Assembly (NCBI GenBank): GCA_002104905.1
Contig: MCFE01000033.1
Coordinates: forward strand, 150,923-214,922
Source: Basidiobolus meristosporus CBS 931.73
Lineage: Eukaryota; Fungi; Basidiobolomycota
DNA: 64,000 nt
Direction of reading: 5' to 3'
Below are positions 48,205 through 60,640 of the stretch, one piece after another. The position numbers and the translations under genes are program-made. How positions within the stretch are numbered: the first letter of the stretch is position 1; the number at the start of each line of letters is the position of its first letter. The notes under the pieces are model-generated. The model ran no database searches. It was not told the origin of the DNA and was given only the letters and a program-made list of their open reading frames with translations.

Positions 48205-49250
48205 TTGGTGATGCTGGTGTAGAAGAATGATCTGTAGGATGAGGTATGGGAGAATGACCTGGAGACGACTATTTTATACAATACTTTAGCCCCACCTATA
48301 CCCCCATTCTTGAACTTCCGCAGAATCCTTGCGAGAACCTGTCCAGATGCATCCTTGTCTTTACTGGCGATAAAATTGCTCCAATTTTCAGGTGCGCCTC
48401 GCCCTAGTTTGGTTAGAATATTCACCGACTGTCGCGAATATCATTAGTTGCCGTTGAATTTTGTCGGAATTCCATCGGGTAAACGGAGTAGTAGGTGTCC
48501 ATGATAGGATAATCAAATCCCCATTCAATTTCTTCGAAATACCGGTGATTTGATATTGTATGCGTTCCACATTGTATGCGTTCCAAATCCAAATTTAAGA
48601 CTTCTCCTCAGCAAACTTCCGTAGCCCGGCCAATGTTCGCCAACCTAAATACTGTTTTGGCTCGCTTTCACGCATGTACCAAAGATCGGCTTTCTTTATT
48701 AAGCTCTAATACTTGTTCTTGTTGGTATCTCTTCTCTGTATTTTTATTAGTCCTTGTGCGTGAAACGTTATGGTTTCTATACACAGCGGTGGTAATGGAT
48801 GGAGTTAGTATTCCCACATATAGTAAAGATTCAAGAAATTACGTAATAACACGCGGTTGTATTTGTTATTCTAGTCTTGTTAACGGAAATCATTTCATAT
48901 GTCAAGATTTGTGGAAACAATGAAAAATCCGCCATTACTAGCCATGTTTTCTCCAAATTCATCGCGTTTCCTTAAAAAGTGCCTAACACTACCTCTTAAA
49001 TGCCCCCGCTCATTGACTGCTAGCTGTAAAGGTTGCTGGTCTATCCGCAGCAGTCATGTGAACTTATAGGCAGAATCGAAAGATATGGAATCCAAAAAGG
49101 TAATGCCAAAATTGTTTGGGAAGTGACATTTGGAATTTTTCTGACTTCCAATAATGATTTAAATCGGACATTGATACTACACCTGCTGCAATTGACATAC
49201 TTCTATTACCTGGAATCAACAACTTTTCACTACAATGCTTACAAAGTTGC

Positions 49251-49618
49251 TGTTGTAAATTTCTTAATTACACTTAAATATTCACCTAACTTAGTCACTT
49301 AGATCATTGGCTAAAAATCGTGGAGAATTCTGGCTAATCTTAGAGTATACTGACCAAATTCCTTGTTGGGATTTACTCGGATTATTTCCACCACAATATC
49401 AGGGTTCCAGAGTATTAGAGATTGATAAGTTGTTCAAACAGCCCAAAGCTTTGTACATATGTTCTTGTGACCTTCCTAAAGATATTCTGCATGTTTGCTC
49501 TGCCAAAACCAAGTAAAAGTATTAATACTACTTTTATACTCAATAAAGCATTAAGTAAGAACCACATATTTGGCTTGTTCTCTAAATCACTCCTAATATC
49601 TCTAAAAATCTTGCAACA
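49251..49618 (+). mobile_element. Diverged solo LTR related to the downstream Ty1/copia family
   Basis: TGTTGTAA...TTGCAACA ends; shares aaatattcacctaacttagtcacttagatcatt and other blocks with the 349-bp LTRs; no matching TSD seen. Confidence 0.85.
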
Positions 49619-49713
49619 ATCTGAATGCATGTCACTATCTTGGTCCATTGGTATCATCCAGAGTTGTAATAAAGCAATGGTTCCTATGTAAGACTGATTG
49701 AAAGCACTAATAG

Positions 49714-50340
49714 TGCTGTAAGGGTCTTGGAGATATTGGAAGCAATTGAGAGGCGAAGTAGATTATGTGGTGTTCACTCAATGAAATATTGAATGTAAAA
49801 GTAGTATTTTTACTTTTACATGATCTTGGCATAACAAACACATAGAATAGGCTTAAGAAGATCCCAAAAACATATGTGCAAAGCTTGGGGCTGTTTGGGC
49901 AACTTATCTAATTTTCATGTTCTGGGTATCTCATATTTTGGTGAAATATTTCAAGTAAATCCCAACAAGAAATTTGGTCAGTATTTTTTAGGATTTGAAG
50001 GTAATTGTATAAGTGACAAAGTTAGGTAAATATTTAGGTGGAGCTGCAAATCTCTACAACACTCCCACTCAACTAAATGTTCACACTGACTAGTCCTAAT
50101 CTTGACCTAAGATATTCAAATTTTTCTATAGTTAATACTTAGGTAAATATGCCTGCAATCATTGCATCTGTAAGACAGTAAACTAAGCTAACTAGACTAT
50201 TCTCTATAGCTTCACATATGAAGCAATGTCTAATATCCACGTGCTTAGTACTGGTATGAAAAATTGGATTTCTACCTAATTGTATACATCGTTGATTATC
50301 TTAAAATGAAGTAATAGGCATTCTTTGACATAAGCCTGGG
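49714..50340 (-). mobile_element. Degenerate copia 3' fragment (RNase H end, PPT, 3' LTR 49714-50061), inverted
   Basis: Reverse complement matches 56020-56638 including PPT gagtgggag (50062-50070); many stops. Confidence 0.88.
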
Positions 50341-51954
50341 AGATGCAGTCCACTAGAGAATAAAAATGCCAGGGGTCTGGGGGATGTAATACCCTATACT
50401 GCTCTCAAACTCTTTAGAATTGCTTTGGATTAGTTTTCTTACATTCTTGATTCTGATCCCTCAGGGTTACAATTCCTCCTCCTAACCCTTATCACCCTTA
50501 TTGTAAATATTCTTAACCTACAATTGGCACATTTTCTGGTCATATAGTTGGCATGTCTGGGTCAATATTTGTCTCCCTATGCATTCTGTAGGCTTTGTAT
50601 AAGTCATGATGATTATTTGATTAATAAAGTTGTTACTTTTAATGCTATATCTAATAGTTAATGTGAATCATCCCAATCTGGTCACAATCCCATACTTCAA
50701 TAAGCTTTGGGCACTATAAATTGCGCAGCCCTAATATGATAAAAAAATCCATGACCAATGCAAATTTTCTATAACCCAACTGCATTTGCCAGATCCAAAA
50801 TGTATCCCAAAGTTAAATATATATTATGGTTTTAATAGAAACTTTATTTGTTAGCATTGCAACTGCTACTTGTGTTCCATACACACATGCATCCTGCAGG
50901 GATTGTAAAGACTTAGCAGTGCAGTATAAAAGTGCTTTTATTTATCATCATGGTAGTTTACATGAATTCCTAACTCACTTTCATAGTGTGCAGTAACCAT
51001 ACCCCTGTTGTAAAAATTTGCATTTCCATCTAAATATTCACCTAACTTAGTCACTTAGATCATTACCTTCATATCCTAGAGAATACTGACCAAATTCCTT
51101 GTCTGGATTTACTTAGAATATTTTCACCAAAATACCAGGTGCCCAGAACATCAAAATTCTTAAAGCTGTCCAAACAGCCTCAAACTTTGCACACATGTTC
51201 TTGGGAGCTTCCTTAACCTATTCTACATCTTTGTTATGCCAAGATCAGGTATAAAGTATAAATACTACTTTTACATTCAATAAATCATTAAGTGAAAACC
51301 ACATAATCTACTTGTCCTCCAAATCACTTCCAATATCTCCAAGACTCTTACAACAGGTTATGAGCCCCAAGCTGTCACTCTCTGCAATGTCCACTACTGC
51401 TACTACTGGAATTTTTCCCTCTGCTGAAAAGTTGGATGGATCTAACTACCAAGTGTGGAAGGTCAAGATGAAGATGCTGCTACAAGAAAGAGGCCTTTGG
51501 GATATTGTTATAGGAGAAGAATGCCCTCCAAAAAACATGGGAGAGGAAGCCTTGAAGTACCAGAAGAAAGAACAAAGTGCCTTTGACTGCATTTGCCTTA
51601 ATGTTAAAGACAAATTGCTAATTCAATGCTCAAGAGCAAAAATAGCAAAGAATGCCTGGAAGGCATTAGAAGACAACTACCAGTTATGTTCAGCTGCTAA
51701 GAAAGTGTATCTGAGACAAAAATTCTTTAGTACAAAGATGCTGCCAGGAGAAGAAATCAAAATCTAATTAACAGAATTACCCTGCTGGTAGATGAGATGG
51801 AATCTGTGGGCATACCAACTACTGATGAGGATGTGATAGTTACCATCCTGAATAGCCTGGCAGACAAATTTCAGGGCCTTGTATCAGCCCTAGAGTCCAG
51901 AACTGAAGAATTGACCTTAAATTACCCATATGGAAGGCTCCTGGATGAAGAATT

Positions 51955-54900
51955 TGTTGTAAAAATTTGTATTTCCACCTAAATATTCACCTAACTTAGT
52001 CACTTAGATCATTACCTTCAAATCCTAGAAAATACTGACCAAATTCCTTGTCGGGATTTACTTAGAATATTTTCACCAAAATACCAGGTACCCAGAACAT
52101 GAAAATTCTCAAAGTTGTCCAAACAGCCCCAAACTTTGCACACATGTTCTTGGGACCTTCCTTAACCTATTCTACGTGTTTGTAATGCCAAGACCAGGTA
52201 AAAGTATAAATACCACTTTTACATTCAATAAATCATTAAGTGAAAACCACATAATCTACTTGTTCTCCCAATCACTTCCAATATCTCCAAGACTCTTACA
52301 ACAGGTTATGAGCCCCAAGCTGTCACTCTCTGCAATGTCTACTACTGCTATTACTGGAATTTTTCCCTCTGCTGAAAAGTTGGATGGATCTAACTATCAA
52401 GTGTGGAAGGTGAAGATGAAGATGCTGCTACAAGAAAGAGGCCTTTGGGATATTGTCATGGGAGAAGAATGCCCTCCTAAAAACGTGGGAGAGGAAGCCT
52501 TAAAGTACCAGAAGAAAGAACAAAGTGCCTTTAACTGCATTTGCCTTAATGTCAAGGACAAATTGCTAATTCAATGCTCAAGAGCAAAAACGGCAAAGAA
52601 TGCCTGGAAAGCGTTAGAAGACACCTACCAGTCTTGTTCAGCTGCCAAGAAAATGTATCTGAGAAGAAAATTCTTTACTACAAAGATGCTGCCAGGAGAA
52701 GAAATCAAAATCTAATTAACAGAATTACCCTGCTGGTAGATGAGATGGAATCTGTGGGCGTACCAACTACTGATGAGGATGTGATAGTTACCATCCTGAA
52801 TAGCCTGACAGACAAGTTTCAGGGCCTTGTATCAGCCCTAGAGTCCAGAACTGAAGATTTGACCTTAAATTACGTATATGGAAGGCTCCTGGATGAAGAA
52901 TTAAGAAAATCAAGCGCCAATAAGAAGGAAGAAGAAAATGCTTTAATAAGCAATGATAACCAACAAAGGAGGTACCCAAGACCCTACAAAGGCAACAGCA
53001 ACCTATTTTGCAACTACTGCAAAAGGAAAGGACACACCTCAGACCGGTGTTTCAAAAAGAGAGATTATCAGCAAAAGAAGCCTGAATATGGAAATGCTGC
53101 AACAACTGAAGATAGACTATTCATATCTGCACTAAATATGACCACAAACAAGGATTCTCAGACGTGGTATATTGACTCTGGAGCTTCTCAACACTTTACA
53201 CACCAAAAAGAACTTTTTACCCAATATCAAGAAATTCTAATTAAGAAGGTTTTCATGGGTGACGATAGAACACTTGATGCAGTGGGAGAAGGAACTATCC
53301 AAGTAAACCTTAGAAGCAGTGAAGGAAGCCATACACTGACCTTTAAAGAAGTACTCTATGTACCAGAAATAGCCAAGAACCTACTCTCTGTAAGCAAGGC
53401 CACAGCAGAAGGACTCAGTTTCAGTTTTGACAATTCTGGATGCAGGATCACTGATCAAAATGGTGCCCATATTGCTTCGGGCATCAGAGATCAGAATCTA
53501 TACAAGTTGACTTATATTCCATCATATCTGGAAGCCAATATAAGTAACTTAAATGAAGAAACACCAATGCTTTGGCACAGGAGATTTGGACACATCAATT
53601 TTGATTATTTGCGTAAAATGATCAAAGATCAGCTAATTTCTGGAGTGAAAATTGATCCCCCAGCTAATTTGGAGCACTGTGAAGCCTGCATATATGGGAA
53701 ACAAGCCAGACAACCGTTCAAGAGCTCTGGGTTAATCAAAACTAAGAAAAAATTAGATCTAATTCACTCAGATCTGTGTGGACCTATGCAAAATTTATCC
53801 TTAGGCGGGATGAAGTATTTAATCACTTTTATTGATGATTATACAAGATACACATGGGTCTACTTCATGGAGAGAAAGGAAGAAGCTCTGTCTAAGCTCA
53901 GGGAGTTTAAAGCCATGGTGGAGAGAGAAACTGGTGAAAAAATCAAGAAAATACGCTCTGACAATGGTGGAGAATATACCTCAAAACTCTTCATCCACTT
54001 CTGCAAAATTCATGGGATAAAGCAAGAGACTACTGTACCATACTTGCCACAGCAAAATGGAGTAGCAGAACAAGCTAACAGATCAATAATTGATATGGCA
54101 AGATCTATGATCCATGATCAAAAATTATCCTATGATTTTTGGGCGGAATCAGTTGCCACTGCTGTATATCTTAAAAATAGGAGTTATAACAGAATACTTT
54201 GTGATTCTACTCCATTTGAAGCATGGTATGGATACAGACCAAGTGCAGAACATCTAAGAATATTTGGGTGTACAGCATATGCCAAAAAACTGGCCGGAAA
54301 TCAGTCAAAATTTGAGCCAAAAAGTGTAAAATGCATATTTTTGGGCTACTGCAATGAGAGTAAGGCATACAGACTCTACAATACCAAAGCAAAGAAGCTG
54401 ATCAAGTCCAGGGATGTGTTGTTTGATGAAAATTCAAAATTTTCACAAAAAATGACATCAGATGATGACAAAAATTTGATCTCAAGTCCACCAATTGTCA
54501 GGGTTGAATCAGAGCAAAACAATGAAAATTTTTTCACTCCAGAGGACTCTACAACCGTGGTTCAGCCAGAATCAGTGCCCAGGAATATCCCAGAAGTGAG
54601 CATTCCAGTATCAAATGCCCGGAGATCAAATCGGACAAGAAATAGCTCAAATTACTATATTAATGAGGGTACAAACTTAGCCTATGCCTATTCAGTCCAT
54701 ATTGATGAACCCCAGACTGTAAAAGAGGCCCTAAATAGCCCTCAGACAAAGTTTTGGAGATCTGCAATGACTGAGGAATATCAGGCCCTGATGGAAAATC
54801 AAACTTGGGACTTAGTCAAATTACCAATCAACCGAAAATCAATCGGATGCAGATGGGTCTTCAAGACAAAGTACAAGGCTGATGGTACAATTGAAAGATA

Positions 54901-56638
54901 CAAAGCAAGACTTGTAGCCAAAGGATACTCTCAAACAAAAGGACTTGACTATACTGAGACCTTTGCACCGGTAGCCAAGTTTAATTCCATCAGATTAATA
55001 TTGGCTGTTGCAGCCAAATATAAGTTTTTTATTCATCAAATGGATGTAAAAACTGCATTTTTGAATGGAGAACTTGATGAGGACGTGTATATGGACCAGC
55101 CTGATGGGTTTGTTGACCAAGATAACCCCCATTTGGTCTGCAAGCTTAAAAAGTCACTATATGGTCTCAAACAATCACCGAGAGCCTGGAATTGCAAGAT
55201 AGATTCTTATTTGGAATCTTAGAGTTTCAAAAGGAGTAATACTGACTATAGTATATACTATAAGCCAGATAGAGCAAATCCAGTTCTATTAGCTCTATAT
55301 GTAGATGATCTTATTATAGCCACCAATAACCTAGAAACATTGGAAGACACTAAATCCAGCCTATCTAAGGAGTTCAAGATGTCCAATCTAGGAGAACTCA
55401 GTTACTACTTAGGGATTAAGTTCTCCATAGACAGAAGTACCCAGACTATTACCCTAAGCCAATCCAAGTATATTCAAGATATACTAAAGAAGTACAAAAT
55501 GGAAGACTGTAAACCGGCAGCTACCCCAATGGAGACAAACCTTAACTTGGTCAAAACTCAACCAAATCAAGAGAGCTTGGTGCCATCTGAAAGCCCTGAC
55601 TTTCCTTATCAATCTATGGTCGGCAGTCTGATGTATATCATGCTTGGAACACGTCCAGATATCTCATATTCAGTGGGAGTTGTCAGCCAACATAATCAGA
55701 ATTATGGATCTGATCATATTGCAGCAGTTAAGCGGATTTTTAGATACCTAAAAGGAACTGCTGATATCTGCTTAAGATACACTTATAAGGATTCAGAACA
55801 GGATCTTGTGGGATACTCTGATGCTGATTGGGGACAAAATTTAGAAGACAGAAGATCCACCACAGGATACACCTTTCTTTACTGTAAAGGAGCAATTTCA
55901 TGGAATTCAAGAAAGCAACCAACCGTAGCACTTTCTACTACAGAGGCAGAATATATGGCAGCCTGTGAAGCTACAAAAGAAGCAATGTGGTTAAGAAAGC
56001 TCTTTACAGATTTAGGCCTATGTCAAAAAATGCCTATTACTTTATTTCAGGATAATCAAGGATGTATACAATTAGGTAGAAATCCAACTTTTCATGCTAG
56101 AACCAAGCACATAGATATTAGACATCATTTCATACGTGAAGCTATAGAGAGTAACTTAGTTAGATTAGTTTACTGTCCTACCGATGAAATGATTGCAGAC
56201 ATACTTACCAAACCATTAGCTAGAGACAAGTTTGAATATCTTAGGTCAAAATTAGGACTAGTCAGTATGAACATTTAGCTGAGTGGGAGTGTTGTAAAAA
56301 TTCGTATTTCCACCTAAATATTCACCTAACTTAGTCACTTAGATCATTACCTTCAAATCCTAGAAAATACTGACCAAATTCCTTGTTGGGATTTACTTAG
56401 AATATTTTCACCAAAATACCAGGTACCCAGAACATGAAAATTCTCAAAGTTGTCCAAACAGCCCCAAACTTTGCACACATGTTCTTGGGACCTTCCTTAA
56501 CCTATTCTACGTGTTTGTAATGCCAAGACCAGGTAAAAGTATAAATACCACTTTTACATTCAATAAATCATTAAGTGAAAACCACATAATCTACTTGTTC
56601 TCCCAATCACTTCCAATATCTCCAAGACTCTTACAACA
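51955..56638 (+). mobile_element. Inner full-length Ty1/copia LTR retrotransposon (LTRs 51955-52303 and 56290-56638), TSD GAATT
   Basis: 349-bp LTRs TGTTGTAA...TTACAACA with 2 differences; PBS GGTTATGAGCCC; PPT GAGTGGGAG; order gag-PR-IN-RT(YVDD)-RNase H(YSDADW); frameshift near 52712 and in-frame TAG at 55220. Confidence 0.96.
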
Positions 56639-56692
56639 GAATTAAGAAAATCCAGTGTTAATAAGAAGGAAGAAGAAAATGCTTTAATACGC

Positions 56693-59551
56693 TGTGGTGG
56701 TGTAGAGGTACTCCTGGGAGAAGCTACACACCACCACATATTTGGCACCCAACGTGGGGGGTTTGACTGAACTGCCCCTAGAAGACTTAAGAAAGAACAA
56801 ATTATCAAGACCATGGATCTACCTTTACCAGGAATGCAAGGAACCCCTTTCTTTGATGGAACTAAAGTCAAAGCTTTCATCAAGAGGTGGGAGCTTTTCT
56901 GCAGAGCCCACAAAATACCTGAGGCCATTATGGCTGAAGAGATGCCCCCCTACAGCACTGATGAGATCATGCTCTCATTATATGAAAGAAATGATCTGCT
57001 GACAAATTGGACCCTCTTGAAGAGCTACTTGATTGATGAATATGGAGAGAGACAAGTTGACTACACACTGCAAGACTTGGAGAACTTTGCTTATAGCAAG
57101 TTTAAGCAGCTACCATTGAAAGAATACTTGAGTGGCCTTGAGCAAATTGGAGAGTCACTGAAAGCCCAAGGCATTATCACTGATCTGACTTTATCTGCCT
57201 ATCTGCTCAGAGCACTACCAGAAGGCCTGGTGAGAAGGATTGAAAACAATCCTACTGTGAAAGCTATGAGTTCACTGCCTGCATTTCAGTTAGCTAAGCA
57301 GATTCTATTTGCCCCTGAAGAAACCTCACCAATCAGAAAGCTTCTTTCAAGCCCAGAACAAAACCAAGATAGCCAAGACATACTTAATCCCAGCAATCAA
57401 AGCACTCAAATTCAGGAGCTGACACAGCAACTAGAGAAACACTCTTTGCTACTTGCCAGCAAAGCATATGGTCAGAAGCCAGTAGAGAAAGAAGTCAAAT
57501 ATACATGCATGTGGTGTGACTCTGCCAACCATTCCAAGAGAAATTGCCAAGAGCTTCAGTCATTACTATCCACAGGTGATGTCCTATATAGTCCTCAGGG
57601 ATACATAGTCAGTAAACATGGTGACAAATTATCCACAGCATTTGGACAAGGAGGAATGAGAGTTCACTACAAGCAAGTCACCTCTCATACAAGAAAGGTT
57701 CACCTCCATGAAGAAGAAGATCCTGACTACTTTGATCCAGCTGAAGTTCTGAACTTTGACTATGAGGACCCCAGAGAGGCCCAAGATCATATAGCTTCAA
57801 TTTATGCTTCAAAGAGACACCATCCTGAAAAAATGGCTAATCCAGGCCCAGCAACAAAAGTACCAAGATGTGAGCCAGAAGTTGTGATTGAGAAGAAAGC
57901 ATCACCCCCATTAATTTTACAAGAGTCTGCCAAGGCCAACAACTACCACATGCAGCCTAGAGTCAAGCAAAATGGTACCCCAGAGGCTCTGACAAGTCAT
58001 ATACTAGGAAGCAACATATCAATCAAGGTTGGAGAGCTACTCAGTGTATCACCATCTGTAAGAAAGACTCTGGATGAGCATATCAGAATAAGAAAGCATC
58101 CAATTGAAGCAACTCAAGGCAACCAGGTCAGGACAGTTCAAGGAAGCCAAGATATCAGTAAGCTGCATCAAAGCAAGAAACACTACTACTCAGTGGCAAC
58201 TGCAACAACTACAGGAACTGTGCATAATCAAGAAATCCTATGTCATATAGACAGTGGATCTGAGATATGTGTGATGCCTTTGGAGGCTTGGAAACAACTA
58301 CCATGCAAAGACCTATTGCCCATAGACACCAATATCAATTGGAGCATGAAGGATGCCAACTCAGGGCAATCAAAGCTTCTAGGAATTATTCACAGCTTCC
58401 CTCTCATCATTGAAGGAATACCCCATGAGATCCCAGTATTCATTTGTGCAAAGGCTAACTTTGAATTACTTCTTGGAAGACCATGGGAAGTAAAAGCAAG
58501 AGCAACTGCAGTGAACTACCCAGATGGTTCAGCATGGTATACTATATACTCAGAGAGCCCAGGACTAACAGCAACCTTCTGTGGTGTGGACTCAAACAAT
58601 ATCCGATCAATGACATCATGTAGATTTCTATCTCAAGAAAGGACAGGTGGCTTCATTGAGGAAGACTGAGAGAGCACTTTGTTCTCCAAACTTACAGTGG
58701 TTAGCTAAAAAGTTCCCTGAAACTTTTTAGCTCAAGTGCGGGGTGGATGTGGTAGGGTAAACATACCTCCCACAGACAAGTTTATTCATATAGTCATTAT
58801 GATATACTTATCCATATTTTATCTTATCAGTATTATCCCATTCTTCTTTTGCCCATATTATCAGTATTATCCCCATATGATGTTTACCCTGATTAGTTAT
58901 TAGCATTAGTTATCGCAGATGTTATTCAGCTTTGTGATCAGTAGATGTATCTATATAAGGCAAGTACCCGCGTCAGTACCCGTGACACATGACCTAGGTC
59001 TGTGTTACCATCTCTACCATTTCAATACCATATATGGTATTTCTATGTTGCACAGGCTTCAGACTACTGATTCCTGATTGGTTGAGAGTGCTGTGCCTTT
59101 TAGAACCTTCCAGGACATTCTTGGCATATTTTTAGCTCATAGTGATGTCATCAAGAATTCCACTGATACCTAGAATCTTCTAGAACCTTGTCATTAGTAA
59201 TCACTTGGCAATCAGGAAAAGTATTTAAGGGAAAGCAATCCCTCATCAATAAATCATCCCTTCTATCAGTAACACTTCTACCTTATTGATTAGCAGTTGA
59301 TCACTGCACCTGCCTTCAACAGTACATCTCAGACCTGCCATCAAGGAGCTTTTCAGGGTAGTGCACAAGACACACAGAGGCCTTTGGAGACACTTGGAGC
59401 ACCTAGGAAGCTAGAGAAGCAGGAGCTTTTACCATAGTGACATATTGACAAAGACACCAGCAGTTTAGACACAGAGGTTATTGCACCCATCAGACACCTC
59501 ACACACCTTGAGTTGTGTAGCTTCTCCCAGGAGTACCTCTACACCACCACA
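56693..59551 (+). mobile_element. Non-autonomous Ty3/gypsy-like element encoding only Gag-protease; 38-bp perfect inverted termini; TSD ACGC
   Basis: Left end 56693-56730 is the exact reverse complement of 59514-59551; PBS-like TGGCACCCAACGTGGGGG at 56743; PPT-like gcggggtgga then probable LTR 58748-59551 (TGTGGT...ACCACA). Confidence 0.88.
56813..58669 (+). CDS. Intact retrotransposon Gag plus aspartic protease polyprotein (618 aa), no RT/RNase H/IN
   Basis: PFFDGTKVKAFIKRWE Gag N-terminus, CCHC knuckle CMWCDSANHSKRNC, protease HIDSGSEI and LLLGRPW. Confidence 0.9.
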   Translation: MDLPLPGMQGTPFFDGTKVKAFIKRWELFCRAHKIPEAIMAEEMPPYSTDEIMLSLYERNDLLTNWTLLKSYLIDEYGERQVDYTLQDLENFAYSKFKQLPLKEYLSGLEQIGESLKAQGIITDLTLSAYLLRALPEGLVRRIENNPTVKAMSSLPAFQLAKQILFAPEETSPIRKLLSSPEQNQDSQDILNPSNQSTQIQELTQQLEKHSLLLASKAYGQKPVEKEVKYTCMWCDSANHSKRNCQELQSLLSTGDVLYSPQGYIVSKHGDKLSTAFGQGGMRVHYKQVTSHTRKVHLHEEEDPDYFDPAEVLNFDYEDPREAQDHIASIYASKRHHPEKMANPGPATKVPRCEPEVVIEKKASPPLILQESAKANNYHMQPRVKQNGTPEALTSHILGSNISIKVGELLSVSPSVRKTLDEHIRIRKHPIEATQGNQVRTVQGSQDISKLHQSKKHYYSVATATTTGTVHNQEILCHIDSGSEICVMPLEAWKQLPCKDLLPIDTNINWSMKDANSGQSKLLGIIHSFPLIIEGIPHEIPVFICAKANFELLLGRPWEVKARATAVNYPDGSAWYTIYSESPGLTATFCGVDSNNIRSMTSCRFLSQERTGGFIEED

Positions 59552-60340
59552 ACGCAATGATAGCCAACAAAGGAGGTACCCAAGACCCTACAAAGGCAAT
59601 AGCCACCTGTTTTGCAACTACTGCAAAAGGAAAGGACACACATCAGACCAGTGTGTCAAAAAGAGATATTATCAGCAAAAGAAGCCTGAATATGGAAATG
59701 CTGCAACAACTGAAGATAGACTACTCATATCTGCATTAAGTATGACCACAAGCTAGGATTCTTAGATGTGGTATATTGACTCTGGAGCTTCTCAACACTT
59801 TACACACCAAAAAGGACTTTTTACCCAATATCAAGAAGTTCCAATTAAGAAGGTTTTCATGGGTGACAATAGAACACATGATCCAGTGGGAGAAGGAACT
59901 ATCAAAGTAAACCTTAGAAGCAGTGAAGGAAGCCATACACTGACCTTTAAAGAAGTACTCTATGTACCAGAAATAGCCAAGAACCTACTCTCTGTAACCA
60001 AGGCCACAGCAGAAGGACTCAGTTTCAGTTTTGGCAATTCTGGATGCAGGCTCACTGATCAAAATGGTGCCCATATTGCTTTGGGCATCAGAGATCAGAA
60101 TCTATACAAGCTGACTTCTAATCCATCATATCTGGAAGCCAATAAAAGTAACTTAAACATAGAAATACCAATGCTTTGGCACAGGAGATTTGGGCACATC
60201 AATTTTGAATATTTGCGCAAAATGATCAAAGATCAGCTAATTTCTGGTGTGAAAATTGATCCACTAGCTAATTTGGAGCACTGTGAAGCCTGCATACAAG
60301 GGAAACAAGCCAGACAACCGTTCAAGAGCCCAGGGTTAAT

Positions 60341-60640
60341 CTTAGGGTTATGGGAGGGAAAGTCATCAAGGTAGGTGAAAACTGTATTTGATTTCAGACA
60401 AGTCTAACTACAAATAAAGAAGCCAGCTGGGAATAGAAGATTCCCAAAGTAAACACTAAGTTGAATATGAATAAATCTAAGCTAAAGTTAAGGCAGTATC
60501 CCAGAGTACACTGGAGTTCAGGTTCATGGGAGAGTGAAGTAGATAAGCTTGAGAGATATAATAATCTTTGAGGAAGTGGGTAACAGCAGGTGAAGGGGAG
60601 TTTTTGATAAGTGAAGTGAATCTTGAGAGCAGAGATGCCT
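60341..60640 (-). mobile_element. Telomere-associated non-LTR retroelement unit A (5'-truncated, about 300 bp)
   Basis: 3' tail homologous to units B and C (cttagggttatgggagggaaagtcatc...ggtgaaa...caaataaagaagcca on +); short C-terminal coding remnant. Confidence 0.72.

Larger units (their letters stand above)
51006..60341 (+). mobile_element. Outer (host) Ty1/copia element: 5' LTR 51006-51355, PBS, gag split by two nested insertions, truncated at 60341
   Basis: Segments 51356-51954, 56639-56692 and 59552-60341 join collinearly with inner copy 52304-53730 (gag, zinc knuckle, DSGAS protease, LWHRRFGH); integrase, RT and 3' LTR missing. Confidence 0.92.

Noticed and set aside
48201-48590. Possible small gene upstream of the b5-reductase-like gene (ORFs 48201-48425 and 48388-48570, intron-like signal near 48431)
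   Set aside because: No recognisable homology; could be 5' UTR or non-coding; cannot be supported without RNA data.
50345-51005. Possible degenerate gypsy/chromovirus relic (PPT-like purine runs followed by TGTAA at about 50385 + and 50470 -)
   Set aside because: Too decayed; no convincing protein motif or paired LTR by eye.
52176-52334. Extended N-terminus of the copia gag ORF in the track
   Set aside because: It runs through LTR and PBS sequence; the plausible gag start is the ATG near 52335.
56693-59551. DNA transposon, suggested by 38-bp TIRs and a TSD
   Set aside because: No transposase; the content is Gag-protease with PBS, PPT and an LTR-like right end, so it is retro-derived.
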